From contig NC_085841.1 in NCBI RefSeq assembly GCF_035594765.1, positions 173,275,574 to 173,339,573 on the forward strand: DNA of 64,000 nt. The letters run 5' to 3'. Below, piece by piece: positions 13,077 to 24,284 of this stretch. The translations under genes and the position numbers were made by a program. This DNA is from Anolis carolinensis. Lineage: Eukaryota. Below the pieces are notes generated by a model. That model did not search any database. It was not told where the DNA came from and was given only the letters and a program-made list of their open reading frames with translations. The first letter of the stretch is position 1. Every line of letters starts with the position of its first letter.

Positions 13077-14502
13077 CTATAGAGAGAGAGAAATGAAATT
13101 TTTAATGAGTTGCGCCTGGTCCGGGATGATATAACAAAATACAAAAGGTGGGGGGGGGGGTCGATTTTTTGATAACATTTTGACTCCTATAAGCCCTGAC
13201 CAGTATGGCAAATGGTGAGGCATTATAGGAGTTGCTGTTTGAAACAGATGGCTGTTTCTAGAACGTGGACAGACTACCCAGGTTGGATAATATTGCTGAG
13301 ATGAAACAAGGCAGCTGAGGAGGAAGAGTAATTAGAGATTATTCTTTCCCGGTGGCACATTTTGAAATACGAGATATTTGACTAAGGTTCAGTCTTCGAG
13401 GAAGCTATAAAAAGGTCGCACTGCTTCTGTGCTGTTGCAGTTTGTGCTGACATGAACAACTATTTCATTTTGATTCAGTTGAGTGGAATGCTGCAAACTA
13501 GAGGAAATAGGAACAGGAGCAGGTCAACAGTGATAGAGTTACCTCTCCAATCTGAACGTCAGCAACAGAGACCCTGTTGTCTTACTCTAAACAGCTACCT
13601 TCAAACATAAAACTCTGAGTGCAACTTGAGGTGGCAGGAGGAGAGCCATGTATCTCTATGTATCGCCTCAGCACGTTTTAACAGCATGTACATGTTCTTG
13701 TAGAACTGTAAAACAGGCAATAGTATGAGATATATATGTCTCAACCCTAAACTAAGTGGAATGTTATGTGTGAAATCACTTATAATGTAGTAGGAAGATA
13801 ATCTGAAGGAGAAAAGGCATTGTTTAGACGAGTCATGGAGTGGGGAAGTGGCATCATATTGTATTAAAAGACAAGAAAAGGATTAAAAGAATAACCAAGG
13901 GGAAAGAGCAGTTTTATAAGCATGTTTTTAAAAAATAAATAAATAAAATAATTCCGTTCTCTTTTGGATGTGCTTGATTTACAGCCAACTCTACACTTCC
14001 AGCAGGGCTCAGTGGAAGGAATTTCCATGTCATCTGATTTCTGTGTCAGTTTTGTTTTGAATGATGATCGTCAGCCAGAACATCTGAATGTTTATTTAAA
14101 GTTAACCAAAACCACGGGAATGTCAGATGATTATCCTTTCCTTTCAAATGGGTTCTGTGCTTCTTTTCTCTTCAGCACCCTTATCCCAGCTAAATCTTGT
14201 TATATGCTGCTTAGATACCTTCCAGATCATCCGATTATCACATAATAAATGCTATAGGGATTTATTATGTCTGGGGAAAATGTGGACAATTTCTGTGTGC
14301 ATCTCTACAAGTTGATTTTTCTACTATACAAATTTTCTTTCAAAAATTTCCAGCCTTTAATTCACAGTGTTTGGTACTTGAGAAGGTTTGACTTCTTATC
14401 CAGATTAGAGTGCATACTTTGCTAATTTGAAGTACAATTTTCTATCCCCACCCATTCTCCTTACACCGTTCTGACCAACAACAATTTTTCCTTTGTTCTG
14501 TT

Positions 14503-14785
14503 CAGGCCTGTAGCGAGGGGGGGGGGGGTTAGGGGGTTCACCCCCCCCCCCCCGAAATTTTTCAGGTTATAAAAAAACCTGGTTTACTCATGAATTTTAA
14601 CTGGTTAACCAAATCCCCATGCTAAGTCTATGAGACACAAAACATTAAGAGTCCTTCCAAGCACTATCTCAAGCAGATATTGACAGGTTTGTAGTGGGGG
14701 GGGGGGGGGTGTTGCGAGGGGGGGTTCATCCCCCCCGAAAATTTCAAAACCCCTCCTGAATTTTTTTTTTCTGGCTATGGCCCTG
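14503..14785. mobile_element. hAT-like MITE with poly-G/poly-C tracts
   Basis: Imperfect TIR caggcctgtagcgag / ctggctatggccctg; TSD gttctgtt/gttttgtg. Confidence 0.6.
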
Positions 14786-15147
14786 GTTTTGTGTCCTCCT
14801 TTACACCTGGTATTTGATTATGAACAAACAAATTTTTATAGTAAGGCTATGTTATGTGTTTCACAAAGAAAACTATTTTCCACCTCTGGACCCAGTGGGT
14901 CAGAAGGTGTGTGGGGGGCGAGTACTCTGCTAGTACTATTCCAAATACTGTCTCTCACATCATTAATTGGTATCATGAGTATCTTGTGCAGCTCATTATG
15001 TTTTCCCCTTGTTGTATTAATGACAGACACTAACTGAATGATTATTGAAAATGTAGCCAACTTTCGCCCTGAAGCTATGAAACATGACTAAGACCCCAAC
15101 TACACTGACCATTTAATGCACTTTTAAACTGGTATTGAAGAATTTGG

Positions 15148-15627
15148 TAATGGGATTTTGGCCTGCATCAATAGGAGTCTAGTGTCTAGATCCAGGGAAG
15201 TCATGCTACCCCTCTATTCTGCCTTTGTCAGACCACACCTGGAATCACACTGTGTCCAATTCTGGGCACCGCAATTCAAGGGAGATGTTGACAAGCTGGA
15301 ATACGTCCAGAGGAGGGCGACTAAAATGATCAAGGGTCTGGAGAACAAGCCCTATGAGGAGCGGCTTAAAGAGCTGGGCATGTTTAGCCTGCAGAAGAGA
15401 AGGCTGAGAGGAGACATGATGAGGATCATGTATAAAGATGTGAGGGGAAGTCATAGGGAGGATGGAGCAGGCTTGTTTTCTGCTGCTCTGGAGACTAGGA
15501 TGCAGAACAATGGTTTCAAACTACAGGAAAGGAGATTCCACCTGAACATTAGGAAGAACTTCCTCACTGTGAGAGCTGTTCAGCAGTGGAACTCTCTGCC
15601 CCAGAGTATGGTGGAGGCTCCTTCTTG
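15148..15627 (+). mobile_element. CR1 LINE ORF2 C-terminal fragment
   Basis: ORF 15158-15631 [24 protein letters not shown]. Confidence 0.9.
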
Positions 15628-15905
15628 CTGACCGGAAGGTCGGCAGTTTAATTCCATGAGACGGGTGAGTTCCTGTTGTTAGCCCCAGCTTCTGCCAACC
15701 TAGCAGTTTGAAAACATGCAAATGTGGAGTAGATCAATAGGTACAGCTGCAGCGGGAAAGTAATGGGGCTCCATGCAGTCATGTCGGCCACATGACCTTA
15801 CAGGCGTCTACGGATAACGCTGGCTCTTTGGCTTAGAAATGGAGATGAACACCAACCCCCAGAGTCGGACACAACTAGACCTATTGTCAGGGGAAACCTT
15901 TACCT
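15626..15905 (+). mobile_element. Sauria SINE, 5'-truncated
   Basis: Sauria core and acctttacct tail. Confidence 0.85.
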
Positions 15906-16770
15906 ATGTATTGTGTACAGTGTGGCTGGAGAAGTGCTAACATGCTTCCCTTACTGTATTTATATGATTCATTACAAGTGTTTAAACTTCCTCAATACTT
16001 GTGCCTTGCAAATTTAAAAAGCAACCTCCTTTGATTATATTTGAATGTTTGAGAGGCCATTGTTCCTGTCCATTTGAAGTACAGGGGAGTTTGCTCAAAC
16101 ATTTGTATGTTAAATCTCCTTTTTTGTTTCCTGTTTCAGACTTTTCTGTTATTTGGAATAAGATTGTAAATTGCTAGGACTTTGGGAACCAGCCCACTGC
16201 TGTCCTTCTGTGGCAATTAGGCTTCATGGAAAAGGGGAAGTGGAGGGAGAGGAAAGAAAGAACATCTAAAAGAGGGGTTTATTTCCTGCGTCTTGGCAGG
16301 GGGTTGGACTGGATGGCCCATGAGGTCTCTTCCAACTCTTATTCTGTGAGCAAATAAAATGTGTATTCTAAATCTAACTGCTGTCTGCAGAGTGGTGATG
16401 GTACTCAAGTCTTCCCATGAACTGCACTACACCTGCTATGTTATGCCACAGTTGCAAAAAGCATGAAAAGGACATTTTCCTCACCTAAGCCCAATTACCT
16501 CTACGTAATTCTTAGAGATTTTCAGGTTTTAGTGGGAAAATGAGAGATAAATGCTAACGCCAGTTTCACCAGGTTTCAGCTTTACTTCAGCTATCCCTGA
16601 CTCTGAATCCACCCATGCTTAGTATACAGCCCTTGAGTGTATTGGAATAAGATGTGGATGAAACATTTTATAAAATGATATACACAGTATTTGACCCCAG
16701 AGAGGCTTCTAAATGTAGCTCTAAAAATGGTTGGAAATGAGAACATCGTCTTGGGATGTTTCTTCAGATA

Positions 16771-17105
16771 CGGTGTTCCCTCACTACTTCGCGGTTTTCT
16801 TTTTTGCGGATTCGCTGTTTTGCGTTTTTTTCAATAAACTCTAAAAGAATATTATGAATCATAAAAAATTACATTTTACAGCCTAAGGAAGGGAGGAAGG
16901 AGAAGCCAAAGAGAGAGAAAAGGAGCCCAAGCGGCAACGGGAGGAGAAGGAGGCTATTTATCAACACACAATTGGTTGATATAGACTTAAAATAGTGAAT
17001 AGCTAATAAAATAATGTATAAATATATAGTGTCCCTACTTTGTGGATTTTCACTTATTGCGGGTGGTCCTGGAACCTAGCCCCTGCGATAAGTGAGGGAA
17101 CACTG
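16771..17105. mobile_element. Tc1/mariner-type MITE
   Basis: TIR cggtgttccctcact / agtgagggaacactg; TA TSD. Confidence 0.8.
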
Positions 17106-17776
17106 TATGTCAGAAAGGCCCTGAAATATTGGACTCAGATACACTGAAAGATATTGTTAAGCCTGGAGCATTATTTGTTGGGAATAGTAGGCAATTGCAC
17201 CAAAAGAAAATTTGGGGAAATGCTACAATATATAAGAACTGGTGCTCAGGCCCCATCTGTACTGACCACTTAGGTTGATGTACGTTAGGATCAGTACTGT
17301 GGTGATAACATGCTGCACATGGCTGGCCCACAGAAATGTAAGACAATGCCACCACATTATTCAAAGTCTGGCTCAGCATTTGGACTTTCCACAGGCTTGG
17401 ATGGTCTGGGAACACAGGAGGCCACATCCCTGCGAAACATCTGGAAAAAATTGTTTCTTCCCCTCTTTTTGTTTTGGCCCTCACTGGCATTTATGTCCAG
17501 GAGGGGCTCCCTCCCCCCCAAAAAAGTGTGTGCCTTCAAGTCATTTCAGATGTAGGGCGGCCCTAAGTCTAACGTTTAGGGCAGGTAAATGACCTTGGAG
17601 AGCCACATCAGGCCCACGGGCCTCAGTTTGGGGACCCCTGTTTTAATGGCTGTGTAAAGGGAAGATTTTTAGCAAGTTTTTTTTCCCTCTTATGCCTGCT
17701 GAAATTCTCCAGTTTGCACTCTGGTAACCCTACATAGTAAGCCAAAGTGAACACTAAGGATAGTATCACACCAGAG

Positions 17777-18346
17777 CAGGGGTCCCCAAACTTTTTAAGT
17801 GGAGGGCCGATTCACAGAACCTCAGACTGTTAGGGGGCCGGACTAGGATGAAATAGTCCAAAATTAAGATTGTTGTTGTTGTGTGCCTTCAAGTCATTTC
17901 AGACTTAGGTCAACCCTAAGTCTAAAGTTTAGGACAGAGGCCAGGTCAATCACCTTGGAAGCCCATGGGCCTTAGTTTGGGGACCCCTGATCTAGATGAT
18001 CATAAGACCATAGGTAAGGAAAGGGCCCCCCAAAGGCCATCTAGATAATCTCACAAAACCATAGGTAAGGAAAAGGACCCTCAAAGGCCATCTAGATGGT
18101 CTCATAGGACCATAGGTAAGGAAAGTGACCTCTAAAAGCCATCTAGATGGTTTCATAAGGCCATAGCTAAGCAAAGACACCTACAAAGACCATCTAGACA
18201 ATCTCATAAGACCATAGGTAAGCAAAAAGACCTCCAAAGACCAGGTAGACTTAGGTCAACCCTAAGTCTAAGGTTTAGGGCAGGGGCGAGGTCAATGATC
18301 TTGGAGGGCCGCATCCGGCCCCCGGGCCTCAGTTTGGGGACCCCTG
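17777..18346. mobile_element. composite hAT MITE carrying a tandem array
   Basis: TIR caggggtccccaaact at 17777; right TIRs end at 17989 and 18346; 8-bp TSD caccagag/cactagag flanks the outer ends. Confidence 0.75.
17991..18243. repeat. 51-bp minisatellite, ~5 copies
   Basis: tctaga recurs at 17991, 18040, 18091, 18142 and 18193; unit ~tctagatggtctcataagaccataggtaaggaaaaggaccctcaaaggcca. Confidence 0.95.
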
Positions 18347-19523
18347 CACTAGAGCATCTATTCATGTTAAATCCAGTTGCTGCCTCCTGCAAAATTCTAG
18401 GATTTGTAGTTTAGTGAGTCCCAGGACCTGTTGGGCAGAACAGTTTAAAGCCCCCTCTCTAAACTACAAACCCCAGAATTCTGCAGGAGGCAGAAACTGG
18501 TTTTAAATTTGATAGATACTCTAGTGTGATGAAGTCCTATAGGTGGTTCTTTTGGGAAAACATAGGATTATATAGCACGTGTATTCAGACATCTAGCCAT
18601 TGGCTCTAAACAGACACCCATTGCCTTATTTGGCAGAGAAATTGTCTCTACGTGAATACTGATAAATCCATTTAATAGGACATAAATCCCACTCCCCTTC
18701 TCCACTGCCAGTCTGAGATATTATCGTGCCTAAAGCAGAGCAAAGGCTGCCCTCTGCCTCAAGAAAACCAAAGGCTCATTCCACAGACCCGGAGGGGGGA
18801 AAGGCTGCACTTTGCCACCATGGACCTGTTCTTGCTTTCATCTCAGGTTCCTTCTGGCTCTACCTGAAACAAGTTTCACTGCTTTGCTGCCCCGCTGGCT
18901 AGCCCGGTTGGTGCTGGCAGATGTGTGTTTGGGGCGGACAGGGAATGTGCCTTGAAATAAGGGCCTGATTTTCAGCCTCCCTCCCATACAACAATACGGG
19001 TCGCTTTTGCAAGCCTTTCATAAATTTACGGATAGGAGCCCTAAGATTGGACAGTTTGTTTCCTTGTGGCATTTGTACCGGGTTAGTCCTACCTGCACAA
19101 TCATAGCTGAGGCAATAAAGAAAAGTACATGCTGGCTAGCTGATTACCCTTTTCACTCTCCTGTGAGAAGCTAGGGGCCTTCCTGGGTGGAACAATGCAA
19201 ATAAAAGAGAACAAACTGACCAAGATTCTCTTACGTCAGAATCAGGTCTTTGAAAAATAGATATAACCCATGCCCAAATTTTAGATTCTGGTTATAGAGT
19301 GAAGGCAGACATCTCCAGTTCTCATTTCTAGTGGATCCCAACCCAGAATGAATTGCTATGAATTTGAATTTTTTTTCAAGCATTTCAGGCTTAAGTATGA
19401 AAACAGAATTAATGTAAAACAAAAGGACTTCAAACCATTTCTGAGGCACAGTAATGACTCCGCAACCATCGATAACAAAGACATTCAAGAGTATCAAGTC
19501 AATCCTATCACTGTCATTTCCTG

Positions 19524-19628
19524 CCGGGCGTCCCCTGGGCAATGTCCTTGCAGACGGCCAATTCTCTCACTCCAGAAGCAACTCCTGACACGAAAAAAAT
19601 TGCTCCTGACACGAAAAAAATAAAATAA
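19524..19628 (+). mobile_element. short non-autonomous Vingi-like element, 5'-truncated, with duplicated 3' end
   Basis: Perfect 8-bp TSD atttcctg (19516-19523, 19629-19636). The 3' motif gacacgaaa is shared with the Vingi at 5444-6682, and ctcctgacacgaaaaaaa occurs twice. Confidence 0.75.
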
Positions 19629-19814
19629 ATTTCCTGTCTATTATGTCTGGTTTGCCACAGACCACATACTGGGAGACTGCACTTTTTCTGGGGATGTAGT
19701 CAATATGTCAGTTGCTTAACCAATAAACTTTGCACACTAGGTGCTGGTAGATAGCAAAGTTCAGCTAAGATGCTGCCTAGAAGATTGACTGGGAGAGACT
19801 TTTCCAAGGAAACA

Positions 19815-21027
19815 CTTGGCGTTGCTGTGGCTTATGGGAATCATTTGTCGGCCAGGTGGAATAGCAGCGAATAGCCTTGCAGCCTCAAAGCCTGGCTGTT
19901 CTCTGGAGTAGCTGGAGTAGCACCCTCAATCAAAGAGCAGCTTTGAAGCCTGGCTACTTCCTTTGTACAGGAATCCTTGTTTGGCCAGATTGAATTGCAC
20001 TGAATAGTCTTGCAGTTAAAAGCCTGGCTGCTTTCTACATAGGGCATCCTTGCTAAGCCAGGTTGAATGGGATGGCATAGCCTTGTGGCTTCAAAGCCTG
20101 GGGATTTTTCACCTAGGGGAAATCTTGGGTTTGCCAGGTTGAAAAGCACTGAATAGCCTTGCTGCTTGCAAGCCTGGCCACTTTCTACCTTGCGGAATCC
20201 TTGGTTGGCCAGTTTGAATAGCAATTAATAGTCTCAGCGTGGCAGGTATGAATGCTGCAATTTGGCACCTTTATTAGCATTTAATGGCCTTGCAGCTTCA
20301 AAGCCTGGCTGCTTCCTGCCTGGGGGAATCCTTTGTTCGGAGGTGTTAGCTGGTCCTGATTGTTTCCTTTCTGGAATTCCCAATTTACCTGCTTTCAGAG
20401 TGGTGCTCTTTATTTATTGTCCTGGTTTTAGAGATTATATTGTTCTGTATTATTATACCACAGTAATTATTTCATATTATATTTATAATCTTCTATTATC
20501 TGCTTAGAAGTGGATTTTATGAGGCCCCTTCTACACAACTGTATAAATCCATACTGAACTGGATTATATGGCAGTGTGGACTCAAGATAATCCAGTTCAA
20601 AGCAGATAATATAAGATTATAAATGTGTAATATAGCTGTGTGGAAGGGCCTTGCGTCTACACTGCCATATAATCCAGTTCAAATTAGATAATCTGTATTT
20701 TATAGGCAGTGTGGATTAGGCCTGTGCCCTGGGCGCCATTTTGGCTAGGATACGAAGTTGCTAGGATACGAAGTGGCAGGGCCTAAAGGCAGCGGGGGGG
20801 GGGGGGGGGGGCTAAAGGCAGCAGAGCCTACCTTTCTAACTGGCAGTTAGGGGGAGAAAGGCTCTTCCTCATCCTTTGTAATTTGGACTATTTTTCTAGG
20901 TTTTTTGTTTGAAAGACATATTTTGGATGACTATGTCTTTTGTGGCCAAATTTGGTGTGATTGGGTTCAGTGGTTTTGTTGTTTACTCCATAGTAAAACA
21001 AACATTACATTTTATTATATATATAGA
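19815..21027 (-). mobile_element. non-autonomous Helitron-like element with captured fragments (3' end lost)
   Basis: Minus strand starts A|TCTATATATATAATAAAATG, like the Helitrons at 33041 and 57981; internal ~75-bp repeats; no terminal CTAG seen. Confidence 0.6.
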
Positions 21028-21506
21028 TATTGAAACATAGCACTCTGGTGTCCACTGCAGCAGGTCTCCTTGCGTTTTGGGTGGACATGGTCATCTTTGT
21101 CAACCTTTTCTCCTCATCCCTCTTCTGCTTCTTTTTCAGTAACCTTGTTTCTTCCTTGAAGCCAAAAGCTAATTCCCTAACCCCATTCTTTTCCTATGGG
21201 TGAAGCAAATGAAAGTAACTGTGTTGAAAAATAACACAGTTCCCCTGATCAGGAGGCTGTAATTGAATCCTTTGGGACCAATCGTAGCACAATAAAGAAC
21301 ATTGTCATGGTAGAAGTAATCATAGTTTTTCTTCTTCTTCTGTCCTTTAGATCCATGCTTTGGCAACAGAACTCAGCCTCCCTTTCTAGGCACACCACAA
21401 ATTCCACCCTCTTCTGAACACAATAATTTGTTATTTTAATTAAGTGTGCTATTTTTAAAATGAATAGACATAGCTTCTGGCTGAGAAAAGAATACTCGGT
21501 AGGGTG

Positions 21507-21672
21507 AGAGCCAGTGTGGTGTAGTAGTTTTGAGACTGGATTCAATCCCGCTTGGCCATAAAAACCCACTATGTGACTTTGAGCAAATCACATGCTCTCA
21601 GCCTCAGAAAAACTTATGATAGCTTCACCTTAGGATTGCCATAACTTGGAAATGACTTGAGGATATACAACA
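21507..21672 (+). mobile_element. tRNA-derived SINE, degenerate
   Basis: gagccagtgtggtgtagt A-box, gattcaatccc B-box, gacttgaggatatacaaca tail. Confidence 0.6.
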
Positions 21673-22148
21673 TTGTTTTGAAATGGTCCTGAAAAATTGT
21701 TTTCAAAAAGAGCACATACAGTGCTTTGCATTTGCTCCCAAAATTCTGCATTTCAGTCACTTCAAGCAATGGCGGGAATCATACATATCTCCCTGCCATA
21801 TTTAATTCATTATGGCAAGAGCCAGTTCGTTAAATGCTTGCTAAAAACGAGGCATTAGAGAGGCCGTCTGAACAAGTTGAGAGCCTGAGCTATCTGTTGT
21901 TATTAAATGACTCCTGTGCTATTCAGGAATATGATGGTACATCATTTCCTATTATGTATTTATTTATATCCCATTTCCTTAATTTCATACTTGAATGAGC
22001 CTTCAGTGTTTCTTCTGACATTTCTCAGTTTTTATATTAGCGCTAGAGAATTTAAGTTCATTGCTCTGAAAAAGTATCCTAAAAGGCAAATTCTACAGAG
22101 TATATTTATTACATTTTGACAACTATTCAAGATCCCTTGCTAACTCCT

Positions 22149-22246
22149 GATTGGTTCAGGAAGTGTCCGGCTAAGATCCGCTCCCTGGTTGGTTGGGGAT
22201 TCCCTTTGATGTCATCACTTGTCGGTCTTTGCTGTGGTGGGAATCT
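22149..22246. promoter_or_regulatory. candidate enhancer motif cluster
   Basis: CCAAT (minus, 22150-22154), ETS CAGGAAGT 22157-22164, NF-kB GGGGATTCCC 22195-22204, CRE-like TGATGTCA 22207-22214, RUNX TGTGGT 22233-22238, in sequence with no recognisable repeat. Confidence 0.4.
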
Positions 22247-23420
22247 TTAATACTGGCATTGGATTAGCTCAGAAAAACAATGGATGTTTTAGAGTGATAG
22301 CCATCTCAATAGGTGTCACAAGGTTAGACTGGCTGTGGTCATGGGAGAGAAAGTGTTCCCACTAATAACCCAGATTGTATCAAGTGACACAGAAAAAGGA
22401 CCCAGGAGGCTCTGTTACAAATCCATTGTGTGTTGCTCTCAAGCTCTCCAGTTCATTGTAAAATGATTATGACAATGTGGGGAATCTTGTCCTGAAGTCC
22501 AAAGTGTGGTAAAGTAACATGTAAAGGGACTCCATGAGGGGTTATCACAGGGTGAAATGGAAAAGGCAAAACAGACGTGCTTTATGTGCACATGGAGCTA
22601 TGCCTCATAATTCATATTTTGGGGTCCAATTTTTCGATAACACACTGATACTGGGAAAGAATTCCTTATTCATGTAAATGCAATCAGCGACACATTTCAC
22701 GTGTTGTTTTTCTCTTGAAAGTGAGCTAGTTCTTAAATGGGTTATGTTTATTTCATAGTGTGTACCTAAATAGATGCTTTGCTAGATATCACCATTGCCT
22801 AATTGGTCTCTGGGGAAGCATTTCAAACAAAAGGCGTGTTTCTGAACACCATCCAAGCAGCACAAGCTGGCCCTTTCTCAAAACAAGAGAAGCAAGTAAG
22901 AACGATTTGATTCAGTCCTGCTGAGTCAGGTCAAGTTGAAGGCACTTGAGTCTGAAAAGCCCTTTCTCTCTCACACAGCATCGCCTTCTCCAATATTTAT
23001 TTAAGCCTCCCTCATCTAGCTTTATGCTCGTATTAAAGAGCTGCTTGAAAAGAGCTGCTTCGTGCTTCATGAAATACGTTGCAAGATAAAAGTTTATAGT
23101 AAGGTTAGTTTTAGACATGAAAGATGAGCAGAATGGAAATTATAGTTATTCTTGTTAACTGATGGCACAATATTGATGGCCACAGACAGTAGCATGTGTT
23201 AGGATGAGGATACAGAATGAACATCTGTCTTGTGAAAGTAAGGAAGATGTTTTACAGGCAGGGTAGGGAATGGGTGCCTTCTAGATGTTGTTAAACTGCA
23301 ATTCTCATTAGTCCTACTCCTCATAGCTGATAATGAGGAATTGTGTGACCTGCTCATCAGCTATGCCTGAAGGAAGTTATATGTTCACCATCTCTGATAT
23401 ACAGGGAACTCTCGTACCCT

Positions 23421-23845
23421 AAAGGCCCAAATACTGTCTCATAATGGAAGCTAAGCAAGATCAGCCCTGGTTAGTACTTAACTAGATCACCTCTGAAGTC
23501 AAGATGCCACTGGCTTTGTTTCAGGTATTGGATCTGGCAAAACCACCTCTGAGTTGCTGTGAGTCTTTTGGGCTGTGTGGCCATGTTCCAGAAGCTTTCT
23601 CTCCTGATGTTTTGCCCACATCTGTGGCTGGCATCCTCAGAGGTTGTGAGGTATGTTGGAAACTAGGCAAGGGAGGTAAACCTGCCACAGATCTGGGCGA
23701 AACTTCAGGAGAGAAAGATTCTGGAACATGGCCATACAGCCCGAAAGACTCACAGCAACCCAATTATTTCGGCCATAAAGCCTTCGACAATACATTCCAC
23801 CTCTGAGTGTTCCTTCCCTAAGAAAACCTTAGGACACTAATGAAG
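23421..23845 (+). mobile_element. 5S rRNA-derived SINE (SINE3-type), interrupted by a Penelope mini-element
   Basis: ggaagctaagcaagatcagccctggttagtactt matches the 5S internal control region; the body continues after the TSD at 23808. Confidence 0.6.
23555..23796. mobile_element. palindromic Penelope pLTR-only mini-element
   Basis: Inverted arms ~23552-23632 / 23681-23761; TSD ccacctctgagt (23543-23554, 23797-23808); PLE 3' tail ggccataaagccttcgacaataca. Confidence 0.85.
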
Positions 23846-24053
23846 CCGATACACATATTTCACACTTTGGACTGATACAAATCTTTCAGTCTTGAGATCT
23901 ACATTGATCTCAGAATACCCAGCCTTGCAGTTAATAGTGTTGAATTATATTCTGAACTAGGAAACTGGTTAAAGCAGTACTTGTAAAATAGTACATATCA
24001 AGAGTTATTGTATGTTTTTCGGGCTGTATGGCCATGTTCTAGAAGTATTCTCT

Positions 24054-24094
24054 CCTGGCGTTTCGCCCACATCGATGGCAGGCATCCTCAGAGA
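24054..24094 (-). ncRNA. hammerhead ribozyme core, cleavage triplet mutated
   Basis: tct-CTGAGGA-TGCCTGCCATCGATGTGGGC-GAAA-C-GCC-AGG (GCC instead of GTC). Confidence 0.65.
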
Positions 24095-24101
24095 TTGTGA
24101 G

Positions 24102-24142
24102 GATCTGAGGATGCCTGCCATAGATGTGGGCGAAACGTCAGG
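24102..24142 (+). ncRNA. minimal type-I hammerhead ribozyme core
   Basis: CTGAGGA(24105-24111)-T-GCCTGC-catagat-GTGGGC-GAAA-C-GTC-AGG, with palindromic ACGT stem III. The 5' strand of stem I is lost at the inversion junction. Confidence 0.7.
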
Positions 24143-24284
24143 AGAGAATACTTTTAGAACATGGCCATACAGCCCGGAAAACATACAACAACCCTGTTAT
24201 CCCGGCCATGAAAGCCTTTGACAACACATAGTACATATCAAACCATTGTCTAGTTTAACAAATTCATGGTATCTTACTCTAAAT

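Larger units (their letters stand above)
24002..24227. mobile_element. palindromic Penelope pLTR-only mini-element with two opposed hammerhead cores
   Basis: Inverted arms ~24004-24092 / 24104-24192; 14-bp TSD atagtacatatcaa (23988-24001, 24228-24241). Confidence 0.88.

Noticed and set aside
14516-14735. Poly-G/poly-C tracts as functional G-quadruplexes
   Set aside because: They lie inside a MITE, and similar homopolymers are scattered through the window; no evidence of function.
17991-18243. CRISPR-like array, or 17-aa repeat protein (ORF 17992-18180)
   Set aside because: The units are contiguous with no unique spacers, the context is eukaryotic, and the ORF is a by-product of a 51-bp period.
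23421-23495. 5S rRNA gene
   Set aside because: Too diverged, incomplete and followed by a SINE body; treated as a SINE head.
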